DNA of 64,000 nt from Clostridia bacterium (GTDB taxonomy: Bacteria > Bacillota > Clostridia > UMGS1840), in NCBI GenBank assembly GCA_045540295.1, contig JAZQGY010000013.1:3251-67250 (forward strand), given 5' to 3'. The notes beneath the pieces were generated by a model. It saw only the letters and a list, made by a program, of their open reading frames with translations, was not told where the DNA came from and ran no database searches. Shown in pieces: positions 27,555-37,580 of this stretch; positions within the stretch are counted from its first letter, which is position 1; every line of letters begins with the position of its first letter. The translations under genes were made by a program, and so were the position numbers.

Positions 27555-28652
27555 ATGATAAAAAAAATTTTTGCACTGATTACGGTGGCTGTTATGGTTC
27601 TTTCTGTCCCCTGCTATGCAGAAGAACCCACCGCTCCCTCCATGTATATTCTGACCTTGGAAGAAGCCATCCATATGGCGCTTACCAACAGTCAGCAACT
27701 GGTAGCATGCGAGGTAAAAAAAGATGCGGCAGAGACTTCTTTATCGGTAGCCAAAACCGAGCAGCGCAATGCCAAGAAATCACCTTTTGTGGTAAATGAA
27801 CTGATTTATGTGAAAAACGGCTATGCCGTTGCAGCGCAAGAAATGCAAATCCGTTTGGCAGACGCAGAGTATCAGCAAATCAAAAACCGTATTTCCTATC
27901 AGGTTACTGAAAAATACTATACCATCAAATTGGCAGAACAGTTAGTTGCAATTCACCAAAACGGTGTAGAAATGGCAAAAGAAAATCAGCAAATCGTGTC
28001 CACGCAGTTCAGTCTCGGAATGGTTTCGGAATTAGAAGTTGCCAATGCAGAAATCCAAGTCAAACGAACCGCTTTGGCATTGGAAGATGCCCTCAGAAAT
28101 CTGGCACTGGCAAAAGAGGATTTTAAAATTGCCTTAGGTATTGACGGTGCTTGCGATTTTTCCCTGACGGATATCATTACCTCAGAAGAATATCAGCCGG
28201 AGGTTGCAACCGACATTCCCAAAGCTTTACAAACACGTTACGATGTGCTGGCATTAAAAGAACTGGCAATGCTTGACGAATTATATTTCACCATTACCCA
28301 GAAAATCACCGCAGAAAACACTGCAGATTACAAAAATGCGGAAAGCACATATCTGCAAAGCAAATATAACTACGATTCCAACTCCCGCTTAATCGGCCTT
28401 TCCATTCAAGCATCCGGCAATAATATCGCCTCCACCAAAGGAAACCTGGAAATTGCAGAAATGGCACTGAATGTGAAACAACGGGAATATGATACTGCCA
28501 AACTGAAGTTTGAAATGGGCATGATTACCAATTTGGAACTGGTAAAAGTGCAGACCGAGTTGCTTTCGGCCCAAACAGAGCTGGAAAGTGCCAAACTTTC
28601 CTATAAGCTGGCGGTGGAAAAATATCAGTACGAAATTACATACGGTGTATAA
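27555..28652 (+). CDS. TolC/OEP-like secreted helical protein
   Basis: Signal peptide, LTLEEAIHMAL, two repeats FSLGMVSELE / FEMGMITNLE. Confidence 0.8.
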   Translation: MIKKIFALITVAVMVLSVPCYAEEPTAPSMYILTLEEAIHMALTNSQQLVACEVKKDAAETSLSVAKTEQRNAKKSPFVVNELIYVKNGYAVAAQEMQIRLADAEYQQIKNRISYQVTEKYYTIKLAEQLVAIHQNGVEMAKENQQIVSTQFSLGMVSELEVANAEIQVKRTALALEDALRNLALAKEDFKIALGIDGACDFSLTDIITSEEYQPEVATDIPKALQTRYDVLALKELAMLDELYFTITQKITAENTADYKNAESTYLQSKYNYDSNSRLIGLSIQASGNNIASTKGNLEIAEMALNVKQREYDTAKLKFEMGMITNLELVKVQTELLSAQTELESAKLSYKLAVEKYQYEITYGV

Positions 28653-28674
28653 GAAAGCGAGGAACAATAACACT

Positions 28675-29997
28675 ATGAAACGCTATATCAGTATTCTTCT
28701 CTGCTGTTTTCTGCTTTTTTGGGTTTCCGGCTGTGCAAGTAACGAAGCTCCCAAAGAACCGGCAGGAATTCCCGTGGAAGTCACGGTAGCAGCCTTAGGC
28801 GAGATGCAGGAGCATTACACAGTTTCCGGCTCTGCCTCTCCCATTGCAGAAGCAACCGTGGTTGCCAAAACTCCGGGTAAAATCTTATCATTGAATGCAA
28901 AACTGGGTGACAGCGTGTCTTCAGGAGATATGCTTTGTGCCTTGGATAAATCCGACGTGCTGCAAACTGTAAAATCTCTGAACGCACAGTTAGAACAAGC
29001 AAATGCAGGAATCGAGTCTGCGCAGATTAGCTCCAACCGTGCGCAGGGTGTTGGCTACGAACAAACTTTGATGCAAGCAGATTTGGCTGCTGCACAAGCG
29101 AAAAGTGCTTTGGACCAAGCGAAAATCAACCTGGATATGCAAACCACTAACTACGAAAATATGAAGGTACTCTATGAACAGGGCAATATTTCCCGTGTCA
29201 GCTTTGAAAGTGTGCAGGGACAATATCAGGCAGCAGTTTCCTCCTATGAAACTGCAAAAATCGCCTACGATAACGCAGTCCGCAGTCAGGAGCTTGCCAA
29301 ACAAACCGCCGACGACAATGTAGTGGCGGCAAATTCCGGTGTTTCCAGTGCAACAGCAGGACGTAATGTTTTACTGGCACAGCTGGAATCTACTCAAAAA
29401 ACCTTGGCGGAAATGGATATTACCGCTCCCATTAACGGCATCATCGTCATGGAAAATGCCAAAGTGGGCGAAATGGCTACCGGTGCCTTATACCAAATTG
29501 CAGATATCTCCAGAATTCAGTTTAAGCTGAGTGTTCCGGAAAGTATGATTAACCAAATTTATGTAGGGCAAACTGCCACAGTTTCCGTAAACTCTGCTGC
29601 AAAAACAGTGGAGGCTTCGGTGACATCTGTATCTCCCGGCGTTACTGCACAAAGCAGTGGATATACGGTAATCGTAGAAATTGACAATACCGATTCCGCT
29701 ATCAAACCCGGTATGGTAGGCACCGTAAACTTCTTGATGAATGAAGCACAGGCAACTGTGATGTTGCCTTTGGAAACAATTATCACAGAAGATGAAAATT
29801 CCTTTGTATACATAGAAAAAGACGGCATTGTTACCAAAACGCCTGTCACCTTAGGCATGAAGAATAGCGAAACTGCAGAAATTCTGGAAGGTGTTTCCAG
29901 AGGTGACCGTGTAGTATCCCGCGGACAGCATACCGTGTCTGACGGTGTGAAGGTTCGGGTGGTGAAAGAACACGAAGGAGGTTCGACTCCCGAATGA
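28675..29997 (+). CDS. RND efflux periplasmic adaptor (MFP) lipoprotein
   Basis: Lipobox VSGC, GDSVSSGD..L, long coiled coil, ITAPING, IKPGM. Confidence 0.9.
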   Translation: MKRYISILLCCFLLFWVSGCASNEAPKEPAGIPVEVTVAALGEMQEHYTVSGSASPIAEATVVAKTPGKILSLNAKLGDSVSSGDMLCALDKSDVLQTVKSLNAQLEQANAGIESAQISSNRAQGVGYEQTLMQADLAAAQAKSALDQAKINLDMQTTNYENMKVLYEQGNISRVSFESVQGQYQAAVSSYETAKIAYDNAVRSQELAKQTADDNVVAANSGVSSATAGRNVLLAQLESTQKTLAEMDITAPINGIIVMENAKVGEMATGALYQIADISRIQFKLSVPESMINQIYVGQTATVSVNSAAKTVEASVTSVSPGVTAQSSGYTVIVEIDNTDSAIKPGMVGTVNFLMNEAQATVMLPLETIITEDENSFVYIEKDGIVTKTPVTLGMKNSETAEILEGVSRGDRVVSRGQHTVSDGVKVRVVKEHEGGSTPE

Positions 29998-32900
29998 GAT
30001 TCTTTAAAACTCTGATGAAACGGCCTGTTACCGTTCTTATGGTAACCATTATGATGTTGGTATTCGGCGGAATTTCCACCATTAATATGGAGCAATCTCT
30101 TTTGCCGGATGTATCAATGCCCAACATCATTGTCATGACGACCTATTCCGGTGCAGGCCCCGAAGAAGTGGAAAAACTAGTGACCGAGCCAATCGAACAC
30201 GCCGTTTCCACAGTTCCCAACTTTGTGAATGTAACCTCCACCTCCTCCTACGGAAGTTCCATGGTGATGATTGAAGTATCCTCCGAAGCGGATATGAATT
30301 TCACTTCGCTGAAGGTAAGAGAACAAATCAGTATGATTGATGCACTTCTGCCCAGCGGTGCCTCCGACCCCATTATTATGGAATTAGACACCAATCAAAT
30401 GCCGGCTTTGGCAGTCACCATGACCAGTCCCACAGGGTTAACCGAATTTTCCAACCTGGCACAGAACACCCTGATTGACCGTCTGGAATCGGTGTCCGGT
30501 GTGGCATCGGTAACTGCGACCGGCGTATATGATAATCAGATTCAGATTGATGTAAAAAAAGAAAAAATGGAGCAGTACGGCATCAGCTTTACCCAGCTGG
30601 CAGGACTGATTCAGATGGAAAGTGCTACTCTGCCCGGCGGGCAGGTGGTGGAAGGACACAATACCTTCACGATTAAAACCAAAGCCGAAATCAAATCTCT
30701 GGAAGAAATCCGGAATCTTGTGATTCAAACCGTGTACGGCAATGTGAAGCTTTCAGAACTTGCCGACATTTCTATTGCGCATAAAGACACCGAATCTGCT
30801 GTTTCCGTAAACGGTGAAGGAGCCATCAGTTTTCTGATGTATAAGCAACCGAACCACAGCACCACCGAAGTCTGCGACGCCCTGCTTACGGAATTGAATC
30901 AAATCTGCGAAGATTACAACGGTATGCGCTATATTGTAATTTTAGACCAGGCAGAAAGTATCCGTGACTCCATCAATTCTCTGCTGGAATCTGGTCTTTT
31001 AGGCGCATTATTTGCCATTCTGGTACTGTTTGTATTTCTAAGAAGCATCCGCTCTACCATTGTTATCGGTTGTGCAATCCCAATTTCAGTCATTGTGACA
31101 TTTGTATTTATGTATTTTAACAAAATGTCCTTTAACACCATGTCCCTTTCAGGGTTAGTCCTTGGAGTTGGGATGCTGGTAGACAACTCGGTAGTTGTGC
31201 TGGAAAGCATCTACGGATACCTGGAAAAAGGCTACTCCAAAACGGAAGCCGCTATTTTAGGCACCAAAACCGTTGCGATGGCGGTGGTTGCCTCCACCTT
31301 AACTTCCATCGCAGTATACATTCCCCTGTTCTTCATGAGTGATAACATTGCTATCACCATGTTTAAAGAAGTAGCAATGACCATTATGTTCTCTTTGGGA
31401 GCTTCCTTGTTGGTTGCTCTGACTTTGGTTCCTGTGCTTTGCTCCAAGATTCTGAAGCTGGACACGAAAGCGAAAGAGAAAAACAAAAAAGAAAACCGTC
31501 TGATGCAAAGCTATCAGAAAGTCCTGGACCTGGCTTTTTCCCACAAGCGTTGGGTAATTATCGGCGGCGTTGTGATTTTCGTCTTAAGTTTAGGTGCTGC
31601 TGCACTGCTTGGTATGGAAATGTTTCCCGCAACCGATAGCGGCAGCGTGCAGATTACCCTGCAACTCCCTAAAGGCACAGAACTTTCGGAAACCAAAAAA
31701 GTTGGTAACGAAGTGCTTGATTCTGTGATGGCACGGGTGACCCCCTTAGTCACGGTGACTGACTGTATGGAAAGCTACGGTTCCGGCGGAATGAGCTTTG
31801 CCTCCGCCTCCGACAGCAGTACCGGAACCATCACGCTGATGCTGGAGGACAGAAAAAACCGTAACTATTCCTCTCAAGACATTGCAGAAGAAATCCGTCA
31901 GGCAGTACAAGACTTTGCAGGCGTTGAAATTACGGTTTCCGCTTCAGATATGACCTCGATGCTGATGGGCTCCGGCAGTAACGTTGGCATCAACATCAAA
32001 GGTGACGAATTTGACGAATTGGAACGTCTTGCCAACGAATGTAAAACTTACCTGATGGGCATAGACGGTGTGCGTGACGTGTCCACCTCCTTAGACGAAG
32101 TTTCTTACGAATATAACATCGAAATTGACCGTGATAAAACAGCTCTTTACGGTATTTCTGCCAGAAGTATTGCCCAAACGGTGCAGTCTGCATTTTTGGG
32201 AAGCCAGGCGGGAGCTGTGCGAATTGACGGAAACGAATATGATGTGGTGGTCCGCTATCAGGATCAGTACCGCAACACCAAAGAAGATCTTGGTAATATT
32301 ATGATTCCCTCTCCCACGGGAATGCAAATTCCTCTGTCGGAGTTGGCAACCATCAAAAAAGAATCGGTGCCCCTTTCCATCTCCCGTAACGGCAAGGAAA
32401 GAATTGTTACCGTTTCTGCTACTGCTTACGGAAAAACACCCGGTGAAATCAACACGCAAATTGAATCATTCCTAAAAGAAATTCCGGTAGAAAACGGCTA
32501 TACCATCTCCACCGGCGACTCCGCCAAAGAAATGGCAGAATCCTTTAACCTTCTGTTTCTGATGCTATTGGTTTCCGTACTGCTGGTTTATATGGTAATG
32601 GCGGCTCAGTTTGAATCGTTACTGCATCCGTTTGCGGTAATGTTTGCCATTCCCCTTTCTATGATTGGGATTGTACTGGCGTTAATGATTGCCGGCATGT
32701 CCCTTTCTATCCCTGCCCTAATCGGTATTATTGCATTAAGCGGTGTAGTTGTAAATAACGCCATTGTGTTGATTGACCATGCAAATCAGTTAAGAGCAAC
32801 CGGAGTTGCGCTGCAGGATGCACTGAAAAGTGCCTGCATTTCCAGAATCCGCCCCATTCTGATTACCACCATCACCACCATTTTAGGGCTGTTCCCCATG

Positions 32901-33098
32901 GCTCTTTCTAAAGGGGAAGGTGCAGAACTGATGCAACCGCTTGCAGTTTCCTTTATTGGCGGATTAACCTTCTCCACCGTACTGACACTGGTCTTTGTGC
33001 CCTGTGTGTATATGGTTTTGGAAAACATAAAAACAAAATGTATGAAAAAACTGAAAAAACAGGAACCTGAGGAATCAGTTCCCACCCCTCTTTCCTGA
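29994..33098 (+). CDS. RND efflux permease (AcrB/SwrC-like)
   Basis: GAGPEEVE..VTEPIE, GMLVDNSVVVLE, QFES, RIRPILIT; 1034 aa. Confidence 0.95.
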   Translation: MRFFKTLMKRPVTVLMVTIMMLVFGGISTINMEQSLLPDVSMPNIIVMTTYSGAGPEEVEKLVTEPIEHAVSTVPNFVNVTSTSSYGSSMVMIEVSSEADMNFTSLKVREQISMIDALLPSGASDPIIMELDTNQMPALAVTMTSPTGLTEFSNLAQNTLIDRLESVSGVASVTATGVYDNQIQIDVKKEKMEQYGISFTQLAGLIQMESATLPGGQVVEGHNTFTIKTKAEIKSLEEIRNLVIQTVYGNVKLSELADISIAHKDTESAVSVNGEGAISFLMYKQPNHSTTEVCDALLTELNQICEDYNGMRYIVILDQAESIRDSINSLLESGLLGALFAILVLFVFLRSIRSTIVIGCAIPISVIVTFVFMYFNKMSFNTMSLSGLVLGVGMLVDNSVVVLESIYGYLEKGYSKTEAAILGTKTVAMAVVASTLTSIAVYIPLFFMSDNIAITMFKEVAMTIMFSLGASLLVALTLVPVLCSKILKLDTKAKEKNKKENRLMQSYQKVLDLAFSHKRWVIIGGVVIFVLSLGAAALLGMEMFPATDSGSVQITLQLPKGTELSETKKVGNEVLDSVMARVTPLVTVTDCMESYGSGGMSFASASDSSTGTITLMLEDRKNRNYSSQDIAEEIRQAVQDFAGVEITVSASDMTSMLMGSGSNVGINIKGDEFDELERLANECKTYLMGIDGVRDVSTSLDEVSYEYNIEIDRDKTALYGISARSIAQTVQSAFLGSQAGAVRIDGNEYDVVVRYQDQYRNTKEDLGNIMIPSPTGMQIPLSELATIKKESVPLSISRNGKERIVTVSATAYGKTPGEINTQIESFLKEIPVENGYTISTGDSAKEMAESFNLLFLMLLVSVLLVYMVMAAQFESLLHPFAVMFAIPLSMIGIVLALMIAGMSLSIPALIGIIALSGVVVNNAIVLIDHANQLRATGVALQDALKSACISRIRPILITTITTILGLFPMALSKGEGAELMQPLAVSFIGGLTFSTVLTLVFVPCVYMVLENIKTKCMKKLKKQEPEESVPTPLS

Positions 33099-33108
33099 TA
33101 AAACGGAT

Positions 33109-33156
33109 AAAAAAATAAGCTTTGGCAGATTTCGTTCTGCTAAAGCTTATTTTTTT
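33109..33156 (+). terminator. Terminator after the RND operon
   Basis: AAAATAAGCTTTGGCAGA...TCTGCTAAAGCTTATTTT. Confidence 0.85.
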
Positions 33157-33260
33157 ATGCCTATTTTTTCAAAAATCCTTTGATTTATCCACATTTTAAA
33201 GCCCCTCCCCCACAACTTGAAAAAAATTTCAAAAAAACTGAAAAAATTTTATAAAAATAC

Positions 33261-33333
33261 TTGATTTTTTTCAAAAATATGTTAAAATGTATATAAAAGT
33301 GGATGAAAGTGGCACGAAAACCCACGAAGTGGT
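33261..33333 (+). promoter_or_regulatory. dcw promoter with MraZ-binding repeats
   Basis: TTGATT-16-TAAAAT (TG extended), then AAAGTGG at 33296 and 33306 (10-bp period) and AAGTGG at 33327. Confidence 0.7.
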
Positions 33334-33415
33334 GAAAATCGAGTCGAAAAACCCATTTTCGGGAGTTTCCGATGGCACTTTCCCAGAAAACTTACAGAAA
33401 GGGTACTGTTCCGGT

Positions 33416-33844
33416 ATGTTTTACGGTCAGGCGAAACATTCCATAGACGCCAAGGGCAGAATCATACTTCCATCCAAATACAGAGAGAATTTGGGTGAAA
33501 GTTTTTTCGTGCTTCGCGGATTTGAAAAATGTCTGTTCGTATATACCCAGGAAGACTACCACGAGCTGGAAGCGAAAATCAAGGCACTCCCCATTTCTAA
33601 CAATGGCGGAAGACTTCAGCGATATATCTTCAATCACACAGAATTGGTCACTGCAGACAAGCAAGGCAGATTTGTAGTGCCGCCTGGACTGCGTGAATTT
33701 GCCGGTCTGGATAAAGACATTATTATCGCAGGTGCCTCCTCCAGAATTGAAATCTGGGATGTTGAAGAATACGAAAAATATGAAAAGCAAACTGAGGATG
33801 AACCTCAGAAGCTTTCTGAAATTTTAGAAATTTTTGGAATTTAA
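33416..33844 (+). CDS. mraZ: Division/cell wall cluster repressor MraZ
   Basis: IDAKGRIILP, DKQGRFVVP, RIEIWD. Confidence 0.95.
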   Translation: MFYGQAKHSIDAKGRIILPSKYRENLGESFFVLRGFEKCLFVYTQEDYHELEAKIKALPISNNGGRLQRYIFNHTELVTADKQGRFVVPPGLREFAGLDKDIIIAGASSRIEIWDVEEYEKYEKQTEDEPQKLSEILEIFGI

Positions 33845-33848
33845 AACG

Positions 33849-34769
33849 ATGGAATTTAAGCATGTAAGCGTATTACTGCAAGAATGCATTGACGGATTGG
33901 CAATCACCGAAAACGGCACCTATGTTGACGCTACTATGGGCGGTGCCGGACACTCCTTAAAAATTTGCGAAAAGCTTTCAAAAAGCGGAATGTTTATTGG
34001 AGTGGACCGTGATGAAGATGCGTTTTCGGTAGCAACCGAGCGGCTTTCTCAAACAGATTGCCAGAAGCAGTTCATCCGTTCTGACTTTAAAAATATTGCA
34101 GAGTATGTTTCCACTCCAGTGGATGGCATTTTAGCAGATTTGGGAGTTTCCTCCTATCAGCTGGATAATAAAGACCGCGGTTTCTCCTATCGGGAAGATG
34201 CTCCCTTGGATATGAGAATGGATCAAACCTCCTCGTTCAGTGCCAAAACCGTGGTGAATACATATTCATTTCAGCAGTTAGCAAGCATTATTTCCACCTA
34301 CGGGGAAGAAAAATTTGCCGCAAGCATAGCAAAAAACATTGTTAAACAACGAGAAGAAAAAGAAATCGAAACCACCGGTGAGTTAATTGAAATTATCCGT
34401 CGCTCCATGCCGGCAAAAAGCCTCAGGGAAAAACACCCTGCAAAAAGAACATTCCAGGCAATCCGCATTGAAGTAAACGGTGAGTTGGAATCTCTAAAAC
34501 AGGGGCTGGAAAGTTTCTTTCACCTGTTAAAACCCGGTGGAAGGATGTGCATTATCACCTTCCATTCTTTAGAAGACAGAATTGTAAAAGAATATTTTAA
34601 AAGCCTGGTGAATGTTTGCACCTGCCCGCCGGAATTTCCGGTTTGTGTGTGTGGTAAAAAACCGCTTGCAAAAATCATCACCAGAAAGCCCATTCTCCCC
34701 TCCCAGGAAGAGTTGGAGAAAAACCCCAGAAGCAAATCAGCAAAGCTTCGTATTTTAGAAAAATTGTAA
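33849..34769 (+). CDS. rsmH: 16S rRNA m4C1402 methyltransferase
   Basis: HVSVLL, DATMGGAGHS, DLGVSS, FQAIRIEVN, FHSLEDR, SAKLR. Confidence 0.97.
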   Translation: MEFKHVSVLLQECIDGLAITENGTYVDATMGGAGHSLKICEKLSKSGMFIGVDRDEDAFSVATERLSQTDCQKQFIRSDFKNIAEYVSTPVDGILADLGVSSYQLDNKDRGFSYREDAPLDMRMDQTSSFSAKTVVNTYSFQQLASIISTYGEEKFAASIAKNIVKQREEKEIETTGELIEIIRRSMPAKSLREKHPAKRTFQAIRIEVNGELESLKQGLESFFHLLKPGGRMCIITFHSLEDRIVKEYFKSLVNVCTCPPEFPVCVCGKKPLAKIITRKPILPSQEELEKNPRSKSAKLRILEKL

Positions 34770-34812
34770 GGAATATCTTTTCCTATTATATTATATAGAA
34801 AGGAGCCGCATT

Positions 34813-35280
34813 ATGACGTTTGAAAATCTCGCATATCAACGCAAGCCGGAAGAATCTGCCATTGTGCACGATCTTCGCCCCATCGCAAAAAAACGGCGCA
34901 ACAAAGAAAAGAAACGGCTTCAGTTTCAGGTAGCAGTTTGCATTTTCTGTTTCATTCTCGGCGGTATCTCCTTGATTGTTCATAACACACAAATCACAGA
35001 GCAGAGCAAAAAAAACGCTGCCCTAAAAACCCAATATGCAGAACTTTATTCTGCCAATAAGAAAACAGAAGTTGAAATCAATCAGAAGATGGATTTAAAA
35101 ACTGTGGAAGAATTGGCAATTGCGAGCTACGGTATGAACCGTGCCAGAAACGAACAGATTGTGTACATTGATGTGCCGGATCAGGATTATGGCGTGATGG
35201 CGAAAGCTCCGTCGCAAAGCGGAACTTCTTCTAACGACTTTGGTATTCAAAACGGTATGATGGCATATTTGGGCGAATAG
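34813..35280 (+). CDS. ftsL: FtsL-like cell division protein
   Basis: Basic N-terminus, single TM, coiled coil, position after rsmH. Confidence 0.75.
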   Translation: MTFENLAYQRKPEESAIVHDLRPIAKKRRNKEKKRLQFQVAVCIFCFILGGISLIVHNTQITEQSKKNAALKTQYAELYSANKKTEVEINQKMDLKTVEELAIASYGMNRARNEQIVYIDVPDQDYGVMAKAPSQSGTSSNDFGIQNGMMAYLGE

Positions 35281-35364
35281 GCTAATATGATGAATTGAGG
35301 GATGGTATCATTCCTCAATTTTCCATATATTCCCCTTTGGATTTTTCCAAAAAAGGAGTCTCTT

Positions 35365-37563
35365 ATGAAGAAAAACAGCACATTAAAAACCCAAAAAAGA
35401 ATCTTGTGGTTATCAGGCGTACTATTGGTATGCTTTCTTTTCTTTGTAGTGAGAATTTCCATCATTCAGTTTGTAGACGGTGAATGGCTTTCCAGAGAAG
35501 CCATTGAACAGCAGACACGTGACCGTATGATTAATGCAAAGCGCGGCACCATTTACGACCGCAACGGAAAACAGCTTGCTGTTAGCGCAGATGTGGAAAC
35601 CGTAAGTATTTCTCCGGTTACCGTCCGCAAAGCCAACGAACGGGAAAAATGCGCACAAACTTTATCTGCAATTTTAGAAATCGACGAAGAATCCATCTTA
35701 GAAAAAATCGATATGAACACCTCTTATGTTCTGATCAAACGAAAAGTGGAAAAAGAACAGGCAGATGCTATCCGTGAAGCAGATCTTTCCGGCGTTTATT
35801 TAGATGCCGATACCAAACGCTACTATCCCTACAACAACATTGCTTCCCACATCATCGGCTTTACCGGTGCAGACAATCAGGGGCTATTGGGGATTGAGCA
35901 AATTTATGACAGCAAACTAAAAGGTCAGTACGGCAGAATCGTGACTGCAAGAAATGCAGACGGCACAGAAATGCCCTACAAATACGACCGTTATTACACT
36001 CCCGAAGACGGAGCGGATATCACACTGACCATTGACGTGTCCATTCAACACTTTTTGGAAAAACATCTGGAACAGGCAGTTACCGATTTGAATCTGAAAA
36101 AAGGTGCTGCCGGCATTATTATGGATGTAAAAACCGGTGAAATTCTCGCCATGTCCACCAAGCCTGATTTTGATTTAAACGCTCCTTTTGAAATCACAGA
36201 TATATCCGCAAAAAAAGAAATTGATGCCATCGAAGATTCAGAAGAAAAATCAAAGGCTACCAGCGACTACTTAAACCAGCTTTGGAGAAACAAAGCGGTG
36301 GTAGACAGCTACGAACCCGGTTCCACCTTTAAAATCATCACCTCCGCTATGGCGCTGGAAGAAAACGTGGTATCCCTGCAGGATACCTTCAACTGTACCG
36401 GTAGCTATCAGGTGGCAAAAGAACATATCGGTTGCTGGAAAACAGCAGGTCATGGAATCCTGGATTTAACCGGTGCTTTGGAAAATTCCTGTAACCCGGC
36501 ATTTATGCAAATCGGTGCCAGAATCGGTCAAACCACTTTCTACAACTACTATAAAGGCTTCGGTTTCACCCAGAAAACAGGCATTGAGCTTTACGGGGAA
36601 ACCAGTGGCTTATTTTATCCGGAAGGAAGCTTCAACGAAGTGGAACTTGCCACAGCATCTTTCGGTCAGGGACCTACTGTAACTCCCTTGCAAATGATTA
36701 CCGCAGTCAGTGCCGTTGCCAACGACGGTATTCTGGTAAAACCTCACCTGATCAAACAAATTACCGATTCCAACGGAACCATTCTGGAAAGCTATGATCC
36801 TGTGGAGGTTCGTCAGGTAATTTCTTCACAAACCTCAGATATTATGTGTAACCTGATGGAAAGCGTAGTTTCCGAAGGTACCGGTAATAAAGCATACTTA
36901 GAAGGTCTCCGTGTAGGCGGTAAAACAGGAACCAGTGAAAAAATTCCCCGCGGAAGTCAAAAGTATGTTGCCTCCTTCGTAGGAATCGCACCTGCTAACG
37001 ATCCACAAATCGCCATTTTAATCATTTTAGATGAACCTCCGGCTGGAAATCATATGGGCGGTACCATCGCTTCTCCTTTAGCAGCTAAAATTTTAGACGA
37101 TGTGCTCCGCTATATGGATATGGAACCCGAAATCCCTGCAGGACAGGAAGCAACAGGAGATGTTGAAGTTCCCCGCGTTACCGGAATGAACCTTACCGAC
37201 GCCAGACAGATTCTCTCTCAGAGCGGTCTTCGTTGCGTAGTGGAAGGTAACGGCGAAATTGTAAACAACCAGGTTCCCATTCCCGGCGTTACCGTTGCCA
37301 GAAACGGAACTGTAATTGTATACACCGGAGATTCCCGTCCCTCCAACAGCGTCGAAGTTCCCGATGTAATCGGAAAGAGCTTTGAAGAATCCAAAGCCAT
37401 TCTCGAAAATGCAAACCTCCAATTCCAGGCAGTTGGAATTGTGAATACAACGCAAAACGCAGTAGCGTCCACCCAGAGCATTGCCCCCGGAGAATACGCT
37501 ACGATCGGCACACAAATCACCGTGGAATTTACTTATCCCAATTCCACCCACGCAGAACCATAA
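35365..37563 (+). CDS. Class B penicillin-binding protein with 2 PASTA domains (SpoVD/FtsI)
   Basis: RGTIYDRNG, EPGSTFK, SCN, KTGT, C-terminal PASTA repeats. Confidence 0.93.
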   Translation: MKKNSTLKTQKRILWLSGVLLVCFLFFVVRISIIQFVDGEWLSREAIEQQTRDRMINAKRGTIYDRNGKQLAVSADVETVSISPVTVRKANEREKCAQTLSAILEIDEESILEKIDMNTSYVLIKRKVEKEQADAIREADLSGVYLDADTKRYYPYNNIASHIIGFTGADNQGLLGIEQIYDSKLKGQYGRIVTARNADGTEMPYKYDRYYTPEDGADITLTIDVSIQHFLEKHLEQAVTDLNLKKGAAGIIMDVKTGEILAMSTKPDFDLNAPFEITDISAKKEIDAIEDSEEKSKATSDYLNQLWRNKAVVDSYEPGSTFKIITSAMALEENVVSLQDTFNCTGSYQVAKEHIGCWKTAGHGILDLTGALENSCNPAFMQIGARIGQTTFYNYYKGFGFTQKTGIELYGETSGLFYPEGSFNEVELATASFGQGPTVTPLQMITAVSAVANDGILVKPHLIKQITDSNGTILESYDPVEVRQVISSQTSDIMCNLMESVVSEGTGNKAYLEGLRVGGKTGTSEKIPRGSQKYVASFVGIAPANDPQIAILIILDEPPAGNHMGGTIASPLAAKILDDVLRYMDMEPEIPAGQEATGDVEVPRVTGMNLTDARQILSQSGLRCVVEGNGEIVNNQVPIPGVTVARNGTVIVYTGDSRPSNSVEVPDVIGKSFEESKAILENANLQFQAVGIVNTTQNAVASTQSIAPGEYATIGTQITVEFTYPNSTHAEP

Positions 37564-37580
37564 GAAAGCAGAGGAACGCT

